Assembly: GCA_038087875.1 (NCBI GenBank)
Contig: CM075989.1
Location: forward strand, 9,982,001-10,046,000
Direction of reading: 5' to 3'
DNA length: 64,000 nt
DNA from: Malacoraja senta
Taxonomy: Eukaryota
In this document: piece after piece, positions 1-12,935 of the stretch
Layout of the letters: each line of letters opens with the position of its first letter
Numbering within the stretch: the stretch's first letter is position 1
The notes under the pieces: generated by a model
Told to the model about the DNA's origin: nothing
Databases searched by the model: none
The model's input: only the letters and a program-made list of their open reading frames with translations
Translations under genes and position numbers: made by a program

Positions 1-541
1 CATTCCTTACTGTGATGGAAGGCAATAAAGTCTTATCTTCTTTCCTCCCGTGGTTGGGGGAGTCGAACCATCCGCAGCCGGCGATTGAGCTCCCATGTCG
101 GGGAGGTCTATGCTCCCGCATCGGGACGGTCGAAACTCCTGCGGCTTGGTGTTCCCGAAGTCGGACGGTAACCAGGGACAGCGGCTTCACCGTGTTAAAG
201 TCCGCAGCTCCTGCAGGTTGGAGCACTGAAGGCCGACTCCTGGCAAAGGGATCGCCCGCTCCAAGATATTAAAGTCCGCAGGCTCCGCGATTTTGGAGCT
301 CTAGAAGTCCCAAACAAGAGGCCGCTAACTCCACGATGTTAGGCTGCAGTGCAGACGGAGATACGACACGGAAAAAGTCGCATTTTCGTCGAAGAAAGTG
401 ATTTAAAATGTTTCCACCACCCCCCACAAATACAAAACTAATGATGTGCTAAAACATACATTTTACAACAAACCAAAAACACTAAGAATGAAAAAGACGA
501 AGACAGACCGTTGGCGAAGCAGCCATCGTGCGGTGCCCCCC
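1..541 (-). repeat. CpG-rich repeat fragment, possibly a LINE 5' region
   Basis: GC/CpG-rich block with an internal direct repeat (TTAAAGTCCGCAG twice) and a sharp boundary near 541. Family not identifiable with certainty. Confidence 0.3.
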
Positions 542-939
542 AGGAAAGCTATGGATTGTCAAAATAAAAACTCATCTAATTCTCTCATGTTCTTGAGAGA
601 ATGAAAAAAGAAATGGCATCCATACCTAGTCTTGTCTATATATGTGCCAAAAGTGTTATGGGCAGTTTGGGATGATTTTTTTTCCCCCAACTTTGGCCAT
701 TCAAAATGAGGAATAAATCCTCTTCTCATTGACACCCATATCAAAAGAGTGAATGATTTTCTTTTAGAAATAGATAATTACAGAGAAGGGTGGAGATTTA
801 GACATCTTTTAATTAATCTATCCAGGGACCCTAATGTATTGCTGTAGACAGAAGTATCTGGTATACGAAAGCTTGATGGGACTTGTAGGGAAACTTTGTT
901 CACATCTCTGATGTTTAACCCAGAATCAACATCAAAATG

Positions 940-1470
940 TTTAAGAAGGAACTGCAGATGCTGGAAAATCGAAGGTAGACAAAAATGCTGGAGAAACTCA
1001 GCGGGTGAGGCAGCATCTATGGAGCGAAGGAAATAGGCAACGTTTCGGGCCGAAACCCTTCTTCAGACTGATGTGAGGGTGGGGGACGGGAAGAAGAAAG
1101 GAAGAGGAGGAGCCAGTGGGCTGAGGGAGAGCTGAGAAGGGGAGGAGAAAGTAAGGACTACCTGAAATTAGAGAAGTCAATGTTCATACCTCTGGGGTGC
1201 AAACTGCCCAAGCGAAATATGAGGTGCTGCTCCTCCAATTTACAGTGGGCCTCACTCTGGCCATGGAGGAGGCAGAGGACAGAAAGGTCGGATTCGGAAT
1301 GGGAGGGGGAGTTGAAGTGCTGAGCCACCAGGAGATCAGGTTGGTTATTGCGAACCGAGCGGAGGTGTTCGGCGAAGCGATCGCCAAGCGGTCTCACTGA
1401 TGTAGAGCAGCTGACATCTAGAGCAGCGGATGCAATAGATGAGGTTGGAGGAGGTGCAGGTGAACCTCTG
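940..1470 (-). mobile_element. Penelope-like retroelement 3' fragment (GIY-YIG endonuclease C-terminus plus pLTR with hammerhead motif)
   Basis: ORF 1158-1397(-): RFAEHLRSVRNNQPDLLVAQHFNSPSHS...KLEEQHLIFRLGSLHPRGMN, typical of PLE GIY-YIG endonuclease. Followed by CTGAAGA-AGGGTTTCGGCCC-GAAACGTT. Confidence 0.85.
1039..1066 (-). ncRNA. minimal hammerhead ribozyme motif (PLE-type)
   Basis: Minus strand CUGAAGA / stem II GGG-UUUCGG-CCC / GAAAC-GUU. Stem I pairing is weak, so activity is not established. Confidence 0.6.
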
Positions 1471-1909
1471 ATCTTACAAGTTCATTCATTACTGTTCATT
1501 GGACACATTGGCTGTAATCTTTCCAATATTTCAAAGTGATTACATGTAAGATTATTCTTTTAATAGTGAAGTGCCCGTTCTGGACTCGCTAAGTATGCGT
1601 CAGGTGCCATATAGTTTTTATTGCATCCAGTGGCTGAGAATAAGTTAGGTTATTTGTAACTTGGGCCCTTTAAGTTCCTCACTCAAATTAGGCCAATTTT
1701 ATATACATTCATATATGGTACAGAAATTTCCACTCAATTAATATATTCTGTCCCTCAGGAGGACAGTTGTACTGAATTATTTTAGATCAATTATGTATAC
1801 ATTTTCAGATTATTTCTAATCTTTGAAACAGGGTGCCTTTAATATCAATGGTTGTGTTGTCAATGTAATGTTTTACAAGTAAATGTACTCAGTGAATCCA
1901 GAAAAAAAA

Positions 1910-2320
1910 GAGTCGGAGTTATACAAAAAATAAACAGGCTTTTCGGTCCACCAAGTCCATGCTAACCATTTTGCCCGACTATACTAATTCCGTATCCTTC
2001 TCTACACCAGATATTTGGTGCCTATCTAAATGTTGTAATTGCAACTGAGTCTACCACCTCCTGGCAGAGAATTCTCACCACTCTGTTATTTAAAAAGCAT
2101 TCCTTTCAAATCCCCTTTAAATCTCATTCCTCTCATCTTTAACCTATGCCCTCTTGTTTTTGATGCCCCTATCATGAGGTAAACATATTCTATGTACCCT
2201 GTCTGTGCCTCCATTCATTTTAATTTTAAATCTGTAACAGGTTACCCCCTCAACCTATTTCAGTCCACGGGAAACAAACCGGCCTTCCCATTCTCTCCCT
2301 TTGACTAAAGTTCTTCAATG
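1910..2320 (-). mobile_element. CR1/L2-type LINE 3' end fragment
   Basis: Similar to the other CR1-type 3' ends in the window (42045, 52935, 55195). Confidence 0.6.
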
Positions 2321-3184
2321 ATGATTGAAATGCAATCTCACATGTACCATTATTATTGTCATCGGCTGTATTGAAACTTGTGTATTCTTGTAAGATTTAC
2401 TGCTGATTCTTTAACTTTTTCTTATTAAAATCAGTGGTTTACAGTAAATCAGTAATCTTATTACAAAACCTGCACAGGGTAAAATCGGTTATCTTTAATT
2501 CCCAATAGCATGGTTTATACATGTGAGCTGTTTTCTTGAGAGCTCTACTAAAGTCTTGTGTCATCAAATAAAGGTCAGCCTTGGTAAAATTAATGGCAAG
2601 TTGGTGTTGGTTTAGTGCTGACATTGGTCTTGACACATGCTGCTATAAATTGGAGACAGTCACTTTTTTCCATCTATGTGATTGAGGTTCTGTTTATTTC
2701 CCTACCTTGAAGTCCTCCACAGCCTTGCTTGATGTTATTAAAATGACCGTCTCCTACTATTTGCCCATGGTTTATTTGCCATCTTTTGTGCCTGGCTTTG
2801 AAATGTTGACATGTGATAATCAGTATTCTTTAGGCTTACTGACAGCAAAGGAATCTATTTTTGAAAGTGGAAGAAACCAGTGTCCATTCCATCAATACTT
2901 GTGTTTTTTCTCTCTCAATGCTTCTGGCCGAAATATATACATTTTGTTTTGCCATGCAGATACCAGGCATCATCTGATATCTCTTTTATCCATGAATCGT
3001 ATGTAATTTTATGCCTCAATAGAAAGCATCTATTTGTTGTTTGAACAATATTCACCAAAGTATAAAACAAGCAGCAATTATGCTTGATTTCACAGTTCTT
3101 GCATTGAATCATACAGATAGATTATTTTCACTCCATCTACCATTGAAATCACTTGGATTCAAGGCCATCCTCCACCATGGTTCT

Positions 3185-3340
3185 GGTGTCATAGTTGTGC
3201 AACACAGAAACAGGCCCTTCACTGCAACTCATCCATGCTGACCATGATGCCTCATCTAGGCTAGTCCCATTTGGCCCATATCCTTCTAAACCATGTCGCT
3301 ATCCAAGTGTTTTTAAATGTTATAAACCTGCCTCAACTGC
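3185..3340 (-). mobile_element. CR1-type LINE 3' tail fragment
   Basis: GAAACAGGCCCTTC...CTAGTCCCATTTGGCCCATATCC motif shared with other copies. Confidence 0.55.
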
Positions 3341-3414
3341 TTTTGTTTACTAGTTATAAAATATATACATGAGGGGGGAAGTGAATGAATGAAAAGCATT
3401 CAATCATTCAACTG

Positions 3415-3508
3415 AAGATAGACAAACATGCTGGAGAAACCCAATGGGTGAGGCAGCATCTATGGAGCGAAGGAAATAGGCGACGATTCGGGTCGAGACC
3501 CTTCTTCG
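3415..3508 (-). mobile_element. short PLE-derived insertion
   Basis: pLTR sequence ending at the hammerhead region. 8-bp TSD TTCAACTG at 3407-3414 and 3509-3516. Confidence 0.75.
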
Positions 3509-5284
3509 TTCAACTGGTGATTTCCCCTCAATGAAATTAATTAATTAATTAATTTGTTCCACTGGCATAAATCGCCAGTTGGGTGATTACATGCTTTTTT
3601 ACTGCAGTCGTGTTAGAGTCAGCATGCTTCGTTGATCATTGGTAGGTATTAGATGGCTGGGTGATTGGAGGCAGTGATCATGTCAGAGGTCCAGGAACAT
3701 TTCAGGACAGACTTGGAGGACCATTTGAAACCAGGATGTAAAAGTTGGAATGGAATACTTTAAAGTTGCGTTCCCACTACTGATTGTAGGCAAATGTTTG
3801 CAATAGATAATTGTGAATAGTTAGAAATAAGATTGGCTAGGCTTTGTTCTCCTTCATGAATATCCAAAGAATGGTTACTTGAATTAGTTCTTTGCATCCA
3901 GCTTAATGCCTTTTACAAAATCTGCCCACTTCAATAAAGGAGAAAAAAATGCCTGACAAATTTGGTTGCAGTTATCGGGTTTGAACTTGATTTTGCCTTA
4001 TGTAAATCTCTAAGCAAATTCATATACATATGTGAACCATTCTGAATGCAATAAAATTATTATTGTAGTAAAACAAGCCAGTGCTGCTGCGAAAATGTTT
4101 AGAGTGATAAATTACAATTGTGAAGTAAAACTAAATTGGACTAAAAATGAAATGCCTGAGTGCTTTTGTAAATTAGGCTCAGCCAAGTGAAACATGATAG
4201 GCATTATTTTGTTTTTATTTAAAATCTGTTACACGGTTTGGCTTGGGTTGCAAAGGTATGTCAAGCCAAAGTTAGCCTTAGTCAATGTTTCACCTAATTT
4301 GATGCAACTTCAGTTGGCTTTAAGTATGAAAACTGGTTGTCAAGTTGCTATTGCAGAGTACTGTGAATAAAGTATAACCTAAACCTAAGGGGATTAGTCC
4401 TCATAATGAAATACATTTACTAGCTTAGGAGAAAAAAATCAATAAAATGTGCCCTTGTGCAACGTGTTGTTGGGTGCCAAAGTACTATTTAGATTAATTC
4501 ATAAAACGTTTGCTAGCTCTATGTCAATCTTCAATCTATTTGTATACACGTGTAAGACATTCTGCATGCAGTAAATCTCATCAACCAGATTTAAGCGGAA
4601 TGGCTAGTTAATCTTTTTTTTTGACAATGCCTATTGTTAGTCCTGTTCCTACAAAGGTTCCTGCTCTTTTCCTGATATCTTCCTGGAAGCTACATAATAG
4701 TGACATGGTTTATGTTCTTCTCCAGAAGAGAAAATTCCCTGGGACTGATGTTTTATATAAATAATGTTATACCCTAGTGAGATTTGGACTCAAAGATTAG
4801 AGTTGAACTAATGAAGCTAACAATCCATCATCTCCAATTGTCTCCATCTTTACCATGGACCAATCTAATCAGGAGCCCAGTATTACATTTTCAGTGTTCT
4901 TGTTGGGTACATTTAGTAAACAAATGTTGTTGATTTTTTTTTCCCCCCACTAAGTGATAATGTTACACTGGCTGAATACTAGAGGCAGCACTGCAGAAGG
5001 ATTCCCAGGGATGATAAGAGTGTACTGCTGGAATAGGACAGTTAAGTAGCTTTTTAGGCTGCACCTTAGCTTAGATTGGCACAGTTTGTTTGAACTGATT
5101 TGGTGAAGGAATAATTTGAAATGGGGTTAAAATACGTTGTGAGGTAAATTTCCATACTGGGAAATTAATATATTCAGCAATGCATCTAGCATAAAAACAT
5201 GACACTATCTTTTCTGGTTTTGTATTTGAAACATTTTTCTGACATTAAGTAATTTCCACTTTAAGGGATTCCTTGCCAAAAACT

Positions 5285-5469
5285 ATATGTGTAAGAAAGA
5301 ACTGCAGATGCTGGTTTAAATCGAAGCTAGACACAAAATGCTGGAGTAACTCAGCGGGTGAGGCAGCATCTCTGGAGAGAAGTTTCGGGTCTCGACCCGA
5401 AACGTTGCCCATTCCTTCTCTCCAGAGATGCTGCCTCACCCGCTGAGTTACTCCAGCACTTTGTGTCTA
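5285..5469. mobile_element. palindromic PLE-derived mini-element
   Basis: Inverted arms centred on GTTTCGGGTCTCGACCCGAAAC. 14-bp TSD CCTTGCCAAAAACT at 5271-5284 and 5470-5483. Confidence 0.85.
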
Positions 5470-7289
5470 CCTTGCCAAAAACTGCACTGTGCAACTGCTG
5501 ACTGTTTATTTAAATACAGTTAGACTTAGTGACCTTAAGAGAACAAAACTATTTTAGCAGAAATGTCATGTGGTGTGATACCTTTGATTTTTGCATTCCA
5601 TAATTTGCCCAGGGCATCACCATGGGAATTGTGGTTTTCATTTAAAATTTATTGCTGAAAACAAAACGGAAAGGAAGGTCATCTTAAAGAGTTCTGTTGG
5701 AAAATTGATTTTGGTTCTTTGATGTCCTCACATTGTAATAGGTTCCTACTTATGAAGATTATATGCTGCATATTATTGGTTCATGAATGAAATTATAAAC
5801 ACAGGGAGGGAGAAACTGTTAATATTTTGAATTGATAGTCTTTCATTAGTATTAGGAAAAATAAAAAATAATGAGTTATGCTGCAGAGGACTGGAGAGAG
5901 AAAAAGTGGAGGGAACAAAAGGAATATCTGACAGGAGGTAGAGACTAGGGAGACTGAACTTTGCAAGTCCTGGTGATGGCTGAGAGTAGATAAAAATTGT
6001 TAATTGCAGGTGATCTGCCTAATACTAAAGGAGAATAACGAAAAATTAATGAAGACTGCGGAAAACAAATAAAATGCTGAAACTAAATTGCTAGAAATCT
6101 GAAATGATAAAATATGCTGAAGATACCCAGGACAGGGAAAGATTGAGTTAGTGTTCCTGATTGTTAACCTTTCCTTTGAATCATTGGGAGGTGTCAAAAT
6201 GAGAACTGATAGAGAACTAAATGACAAGCAACTGGATTCTCAGTCACCTGAATGAGTGAGTAAGTGATCATGCTCAGTTGATTTAAAGTGCAAAGCAACT
6301 AGCAATTATTTTTTATTTACAAATAAATGCATTTATTCCTTGAGAAATGTGAATGATAGGAACTAGAACATTTTTCAGCCAGTGTAAGCACTGAATGTGC
6401 CAAAGTAAAACTTCCATAAAGCTCACCTACATACTTAAAAAACAAAAACATTAGGCTCTTTCTGCTGCCACTTGAGATTGAGGATGAGGTGTTTCCACTA
6501 CAGGGGAAATGCTTGTATGGCATTTATTTGAATGTGGGGTGACTAATGCAGAACAACAGCCACATTGTTGTGGCAGTGCTAGGTTGTGGTCCAATGGCAA
6601 GGAATGGAGACCAGATACAGCTGTATATTTCAAGTCCAGTTCACCTGAATAACCAGACTGGCGCTGTATGTTATCTGTATTGTTCTGTTTAAGTTCCACA
6701 AGGTGGCTATGGAGTCTCATGGATTTCCATTCCATTTGATATACAGCATCTTGCCATGCTTTGAAGTAAAAGTTAGGTAGTTTAACAAATTATGTGCCTA
6801 ATGAGATTACTCATTTAGAAAAAGTGCATTGATGGAATTTCTCAATTTTTGATACATTTTGAAAAGTGTTGGTTAGTTCTTGATGGCCAAAACTATTTTT
6901 GCTGTCAACAAAAATCTATTACGTTTGGCAAAAACATGTGGCAAAGGCATTGCTAAGCTGTGTGGTGGAAATGTGTCAAAAACATTGAATAGTCGCTTCA
7001 ACACCATCTTAGAGTAATATGAAAATATATATTAAAATGTTTGTGTTGAGGTGAACTTGAAAAACCAGTGATACCATTCAAATAGAGTTATGTAATCATC
7101 CCTCGAGCAACCCCATTAAATTGGATCTACCCCTCACTCATGCCTTTGTTGACATCTAGCCGCAATTTATTAACTCAACTAGAGGGAATCTGTTCAATTA
7201 TAAATATGTGCCTTTCTATGCAAAAGTGTGGATGGCATTGTTTACCTCCACCTTAATGCCTTCAGTTGTGGTTTGCTACGTGAAGTTAA

Positions 7290-9370
7290 ATAACATATTT
7301 TGTGGAACAGGGATGGGCAGGTAGTGGAAGTGTCTGTGGAGAAATCCATTGTGAGCAATGACCACAATTCAGTAAGCTTTAAGGTAGTCATGGAAAAGGA
7401 TAAGGTTGAACCTAGAGTTAAGGTTGAACCTAGATTGAAGAAGGTCTTACTTCAACTGTATAAGGTAGAAGCTGGTGACACTACATTGGGAGCAGCTGCT
7501 GGAAGGAAAAATAATATCTGATGTGTGTTTAAAAGCAAAATAGTAAGAGTTCAGGAGAAATGAGAGACTGGAGATGCTGGAAGCAGAAGACTAGGAGATG
7601 GCTAATGTCATATTCAAGAAAAGTGGCAATAATAAACTGGGAAACAAGCTAATGTGCCTTGTGTCAGCAGCAGTGAAACTTAGAAAACAATCTTAGGGAT
7701 GTGATTTATGATTATTTGGGAAAGTAGGGATTAATCAGGGGTTTTGTGCATGGAAAATCTTGCCTTGCAAATCTGAGTTTATTGAGGTGGTGTTTAAGAA
7801 AGTTAATGAAGGCAAGGCAATAGACATGGTATACATACATTTGCAAGGATTTTACCAAGTTCGTGCATGGTAGGCTGATCCAGAAAATTAGGGCAATGGG
7901 ATCCAAGATGTTCTGGCACACTGGATCCAAAATTGTTTTGTTGATAGAAGGAAGAGGTAAGTGGAGGAGGATTGTTTCACTGACTAGAAGTTTGATAGCA
8001 GTGGTGTACTGCGGGGATTGGTGTGGTACCTTTGCTTTTTCGTTTAACATAACATGTTTTGGATGAGAATGTCTGTAGTCAGATAAGCAAGAGTTCTGAT
8101 GACATGAAGATTGGTGATATTGTGGCAGTGGGGATGGTTACCTGAGGACCCTGAGGAATTCAGCTGGAAAGTTGAATGGAATGGTAGCATAGAAACATAG
8201 AAAATAGGTGCAGGAGTAGGCCATTCGGCCCTTCGAGCCTGCACCACCATTCAATATGATCATGGCTGATCATCCAACTCAGTATCCTGTACCTGCCTTC
8301 TCTCCATACCCCCTGATCCCTTTAGCCACAAGGCCCACATCTAACTCCCTCTTAAATATAGCCAATGAACTGGCCTCAACTACCTTCTGTGGCAGAGAAT
8401 TCCAGAGATTAACCACTCTCTGTGTGAAAAAATGTTTTTCTCATCTCGGTCCTAAAAGATTTCCCCGTTATCCTTAAACTGTGACCCCTTGTTCTGGACT
8501 TCCCCAACATCGGGAACAATCTTCCTGCATCTAGCCTGTCCAACCCCTTAAGAATTTTGTAAGTTTCTATAAGATCCCCCCTCAATCTTCTAAATTCTAG
8601 CCGAGTCTATCCAGTCTTTCTTCATATGAAACCCCTAACATCCCAGGAATCAGTCTGGTGAACCTTCTCTGAACTCCCTCTATGGCAAGAATGTCTTTCC
8701 TCAGATTTGGAGACCAAAACTGTATGCAATACTCCAGGTGTGGTCTCACCAACTGCAGTAGAACCTCCCTGCTCCTATACTCAGATGGATTTTAATCCAT
8801 GCAAGTTAGAGGTAATGCATTTGTTGTAGTCTAAGGAAGGATGTGTACAGTAAACTTGATGTACAGAGCTTCTCAGGGTCCTTGGCAACGTTGACGTACA
8901 GAGGAACCTCGGGGTGACAATTCATGGCTCCTTAAATGGTGATATAGGTGGATAGAGTAGTGAGGAAGACATTCAGCTTGCTTATTTTCATAGGCAAGTT
9001 TAAGAATTGAGTATAAAAGTTGGGACATCATGTTGCAGTTGTATAAGAAAATGTTTCAGGATCAGTTGGAATGCTGGGTGCAGTTCTGGTCAGCATACTT
9101 TAGAAAAGATCTGGTATCTTTAGAAGCAGCACATAACATGTTGCTCTGGGCTTTAGTTTCATGGGGAGATTGGATAAACTGGGATTGTTCCCATTGGAGT
9201 GCAGGGGGGGTGGGAGGGGGGACTGGAGGTTGCCTTTACTGAGATTTATAACATTGAGGGCGTAGATAGAATAGATAGTCAGTCTTTTGCCAAGGGTGAG
9301 GACTTGTAAAACTAGAGGACATGGGTTTAAGATTCACGGGAAATATTTAAAGGCGAGTCGAGCAGCAATA
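7290..9370 (+). mobile_element. degenerate CR1-type LINE ORF2 fragments, interrupted by a younger opposite-strand CR1 3' end (about 8188-8784)
   Basis: Peptide remnants SNDHNSVSFKVVMEKDK, HGRLIQKIRA, LQLYK...LECWVQFWS. The inner element starts with a (CATAGAAA)n tail. Confidence 0.7.
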
Positions 9371-9419
9371 TTAACCCTGATTTTTTTTTTATGGCACCAT
9401 TCAATCAGATTATCAATCA

Positions 9420-9970
9420 CCATCCTCTGACTCATCATTACGTGTAATTCGTCCAACAATGGTGGTGTCATCGGCGAAATCCAAGAAGGCATTGGAACTG
9501 TCTGGCTACACAGTCATAGATATAGAGTGTGTAGAGTAGGGGAATGAGCACACAGCCCTGAGGTGTTCCTGTGCTGATGATTATTGAGGAAGTAGTGCTG
9601 TTGCCAATTCGTCTTGTTTGTGGTGTGTCATTGAGAAAGTTGAAGATCCAGTTGCATAGGGATGAGCAGAAACCCTGTTCTCCAAGTTAGGTAATAAGTT
9701 TGGAGGGGATGATAGTATTGAACACCGAGCTGTAGTTGATGAACAACAGCCTGATGTACGTTTTATTGTCCAAGTGATGTAGTGGAGACTGCAGAGCCAG
9801 CAAAATCACATCCACTGTGGACCTATTGTAGCAGTAGGCAAATTGTAGTGGGTCCAGGCTCTTGCTAAGTAGCAGTTGAAATGCACCATAACTAACCACT
9901 TCATCACCATGTACATTAGTGCCACAGGTCGGTTGTTGTTATTGGAGCATGTCATCCTGCTCTTCTTGGA
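9420..9970 (-). mobile_element. Rex1/Babar-type LINE reverse transcriptase fragment
   Basis: ORF 9687-9899(-): [13 protein letters not shown]....L......[26 protein letters not shown]. Confidence 0.8.
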
Positions 9971-10079
9971 TATGAACCAAATGTGATTAAATGGGATTAG
10001 CGTAGATGGACAAAATGGTCATTGTGGGCAAAGCAGGCCATAAACTTGAAATAGGAGTATTCTGTTGGATGCAAAACTG

Positions 10080-10665
10080 CTGTTCTTCTAGTTTGACACT
10101 TGAAATTGGAGAATTCAATATTCATGTGGCTGTGAAATGTATATCTGCAAAAATAGCTGACCATTTTGCTTATCAACCTTGTCTATTGCATTTGGTGCTC
10201 CCAATGTGGCTTCCTGTACATTGATGAAACCAAATGTAGACTAGACGACCATTTCACTGAAAACGTCTGCTCTGCTAAAACCTGTTAATGCTCCCAGTTG
10301 CTAGCCATTTTAACTCCCCTTCCCATTCCCAAACTAACCTTTCTGCCCTTGCCCTCCTCCACTGGTGGAGTGAGGCCACAAGCAAACTAAAAAGGACAGC
10401 ACCTTGGGTAGCCTATAACCGATTGGCACGAACATTGATTTCTAGACTTTCAAGTGATGCTCCCCGACCCCCTTCTCCTCTTCCCTGCCCCCCTCCACCC
10501 CTGGTATCCACCAGCTCACCAAACTTTCCCTCACCCTACCCTTCTTTTCTAGCTCTCCCACTACTATCAGTCTGAAGAAGGGTCCCAACACAAAATGTCA
10601 TCTGTCCATCTCCCTCCACAGATGCTGCCTGACCTGCTGACTTCTTCCAGCACCTTGTTTTTTGC
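10080..10665 (+). mobile_element. Penelope-like element fragment (GIY-YIG region plus pLTR)
   Basis: LPVASHFNSPSHSQTNLS homologous to the ORF at 1158-1397. Decayed CTGAAGAAGGG hammerhead at about 10572-10600. Confidence 0.75.
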
Positions 10666-12935
10666 TCAATTTGAGAGTACATGTCAAATTGCCCAAAATA
10701 ACCTATAGGTATATAGTACAACAAATGTGATGTGGTTGGGATAGTTGTAAAATTCCATTCTTTTTTAAATTTGCAGCCACCGTTTTCTTTTCATTTTGGG
10801 GCTGAATTGTAATTGCTTTGGTAATATTTTTTTACTGCCTCATTAACAAACCACAAAGGAAACATTAACTTTCAGTTTTAGTTTTAAATTAGCAAACATA
10901 ATTGGGCGTCTAGTATGTGTTGGACTGGGTAATACTGCTTACTCAGTAAAATCCAGATGGCTACCTAAAGCGGTGATTTTCAAACTTTCTGCATAACCAA
11001 CCTTTTCCAAATATTGACATTGTCGAACTTCCAAAAGATCATTTAGGCTTCACAAAGGAAGAAAAATCTTTGCCCACAGCTGTTCAAATTTCACTTCAGT
11101 GCTTAGTGATCACTTTGATGCCTTTGGTTGAGCCCCTTGTAATGCAGTCTGACCTTTGAAGATTGCTTTGTCAGGAAATAGTGATTTATTTAGCATTATT
11201 TCAAATTTGTTTGCAATGGGTTTTATTGTGCGGTGTGGAGGGTGGGTGGTGAGTTGGCATGTTAAGAAGGTCAAGAGGTAAAGAGGAAAAGCTGCCACTA
11301 ACATACTAGGGCTGTCCCCTTTTTCCACTGCTTTTCTCTATCACATTGTTTGCCTCTCTCACCATCTGTCACCATCTGCCACTTTTGTAATTTGCTGCTG
11401 GGAATGGCCTTTTACTGACTGTACAAGAGTGAATGTAGTTTCTTGTATTTACATGCTGCTAATGATTGCATTAAAACATCCCTCAAGCAAAATTAAAACC
11501 CATACTGCTATACATTTTTCTTACAACTCTACCACGTGAGAATTCCCAGATGCAGAGCAATTTTATCTTCCTGTACTGCTGTGTCCAGTAATAATTGTTG
11601 CAGTTTTTTAATTTTTTTATTCTCTATTTTTGCAAGTTGTTTTCTCTTTTTGGTTTTGGCATTTGTAAAATAAATTATGTTTTTCTGGACTGACCTTTGC
11701 TTCATGTTATGGAGTTTCACAGGTGTATATAATGTTGAAATCAACTTTCCCACTATTTTACCTGTATCTTTAGGTGTGCATATTATGCCATCCAGGAATT
11801 CTGGTAGCCTTCAGAGTAGCCTTATCTAAGTGTGTGTTGCACCAGGACTGGCCTAGGCACATAATTTAAAAAAAAACATAGGTATGAATAGAATCCCTAG
11901 TCTTTGGGTGTTGCATTATCAGGGTTTGATGTGTTCACTAGCCTTGGTTTAGCTATTCCAGTTGAGTTCCCTTGACAACTTGTGTGTTGCATTATCAGGG
12001 TTTTAAAATGCTCACTGGTCACGATTTAGCTATTCCAACTGCACAGTATATTCAAAAGCATCAATGCTCCGTCCTTGGGAAATATCTCTCAAACATGGTT
12101 ATGGCTATGGGAGGTGGGGGGGGGGGGAGATTGCAACCTTCAAGTGGTCGACCCTGTTTCGACTAATGCAATCAACCTGACGTGCACAAACAAAAGATTA
12201 AATAGAACAAGTTGACCCACAACTTTAGGCTGTGCACGCCATACGCAAGAAGAGGAAGAAGTTGGCTATGGGGAGAAAGCAAGAGAATGGGGTTAGGTGG
12301 AAAAGATAGATCAGCCATGGTTGAATGGCAGAGTAGACTTGATTGGCCGAATGGCCTAATTCTGCTCCTGTCACTTATGATAACACTGATGCAGAATATT
12401 AGCTGCAAATGCTTCCAAAACATTTCCAATTGTTATACCCACCTAAAAAGGGCTGAGCCCTCTACTCATTATTCAGGTCACAATTGCAGGGCTCTAGAAT
12501 CTATCCTCTGGCATCTAAGGTATCCTAGCCAAACTGCCAAACATGGCTTTGCACACGTGTAGTCATCCATTATTACCAGAGAGACCAAAAGTAGATTTGA
12601 CATGTGAAGGGTTATTTTACAAAATGGATCCCTATGGTAGTAGTCCAGAAATACTTTAAAAAATAGAATGGCTTCAAGGTACAGCAGAATTTTGTTTTAT
12701 TTCATTCTCTACTGTTGACGTAGTATTAACAATGGAGCTGATCTTGGAATCAGTGAAATTGTATTACGATGGGTGAAACGTATGCTGCCTTTATTAAGTA
12801 TTATTTTTAAAACCTTATTTACATTTACAAGGCTGTTCTGTAAATTGGTGTACTTTCTAATTTCCAAAAGCCTGTATTACCTGCAAAAAAAAAGTATCGC
12901 TAATTTATTTGCTCAAAAATTTGAATTGCCCAATA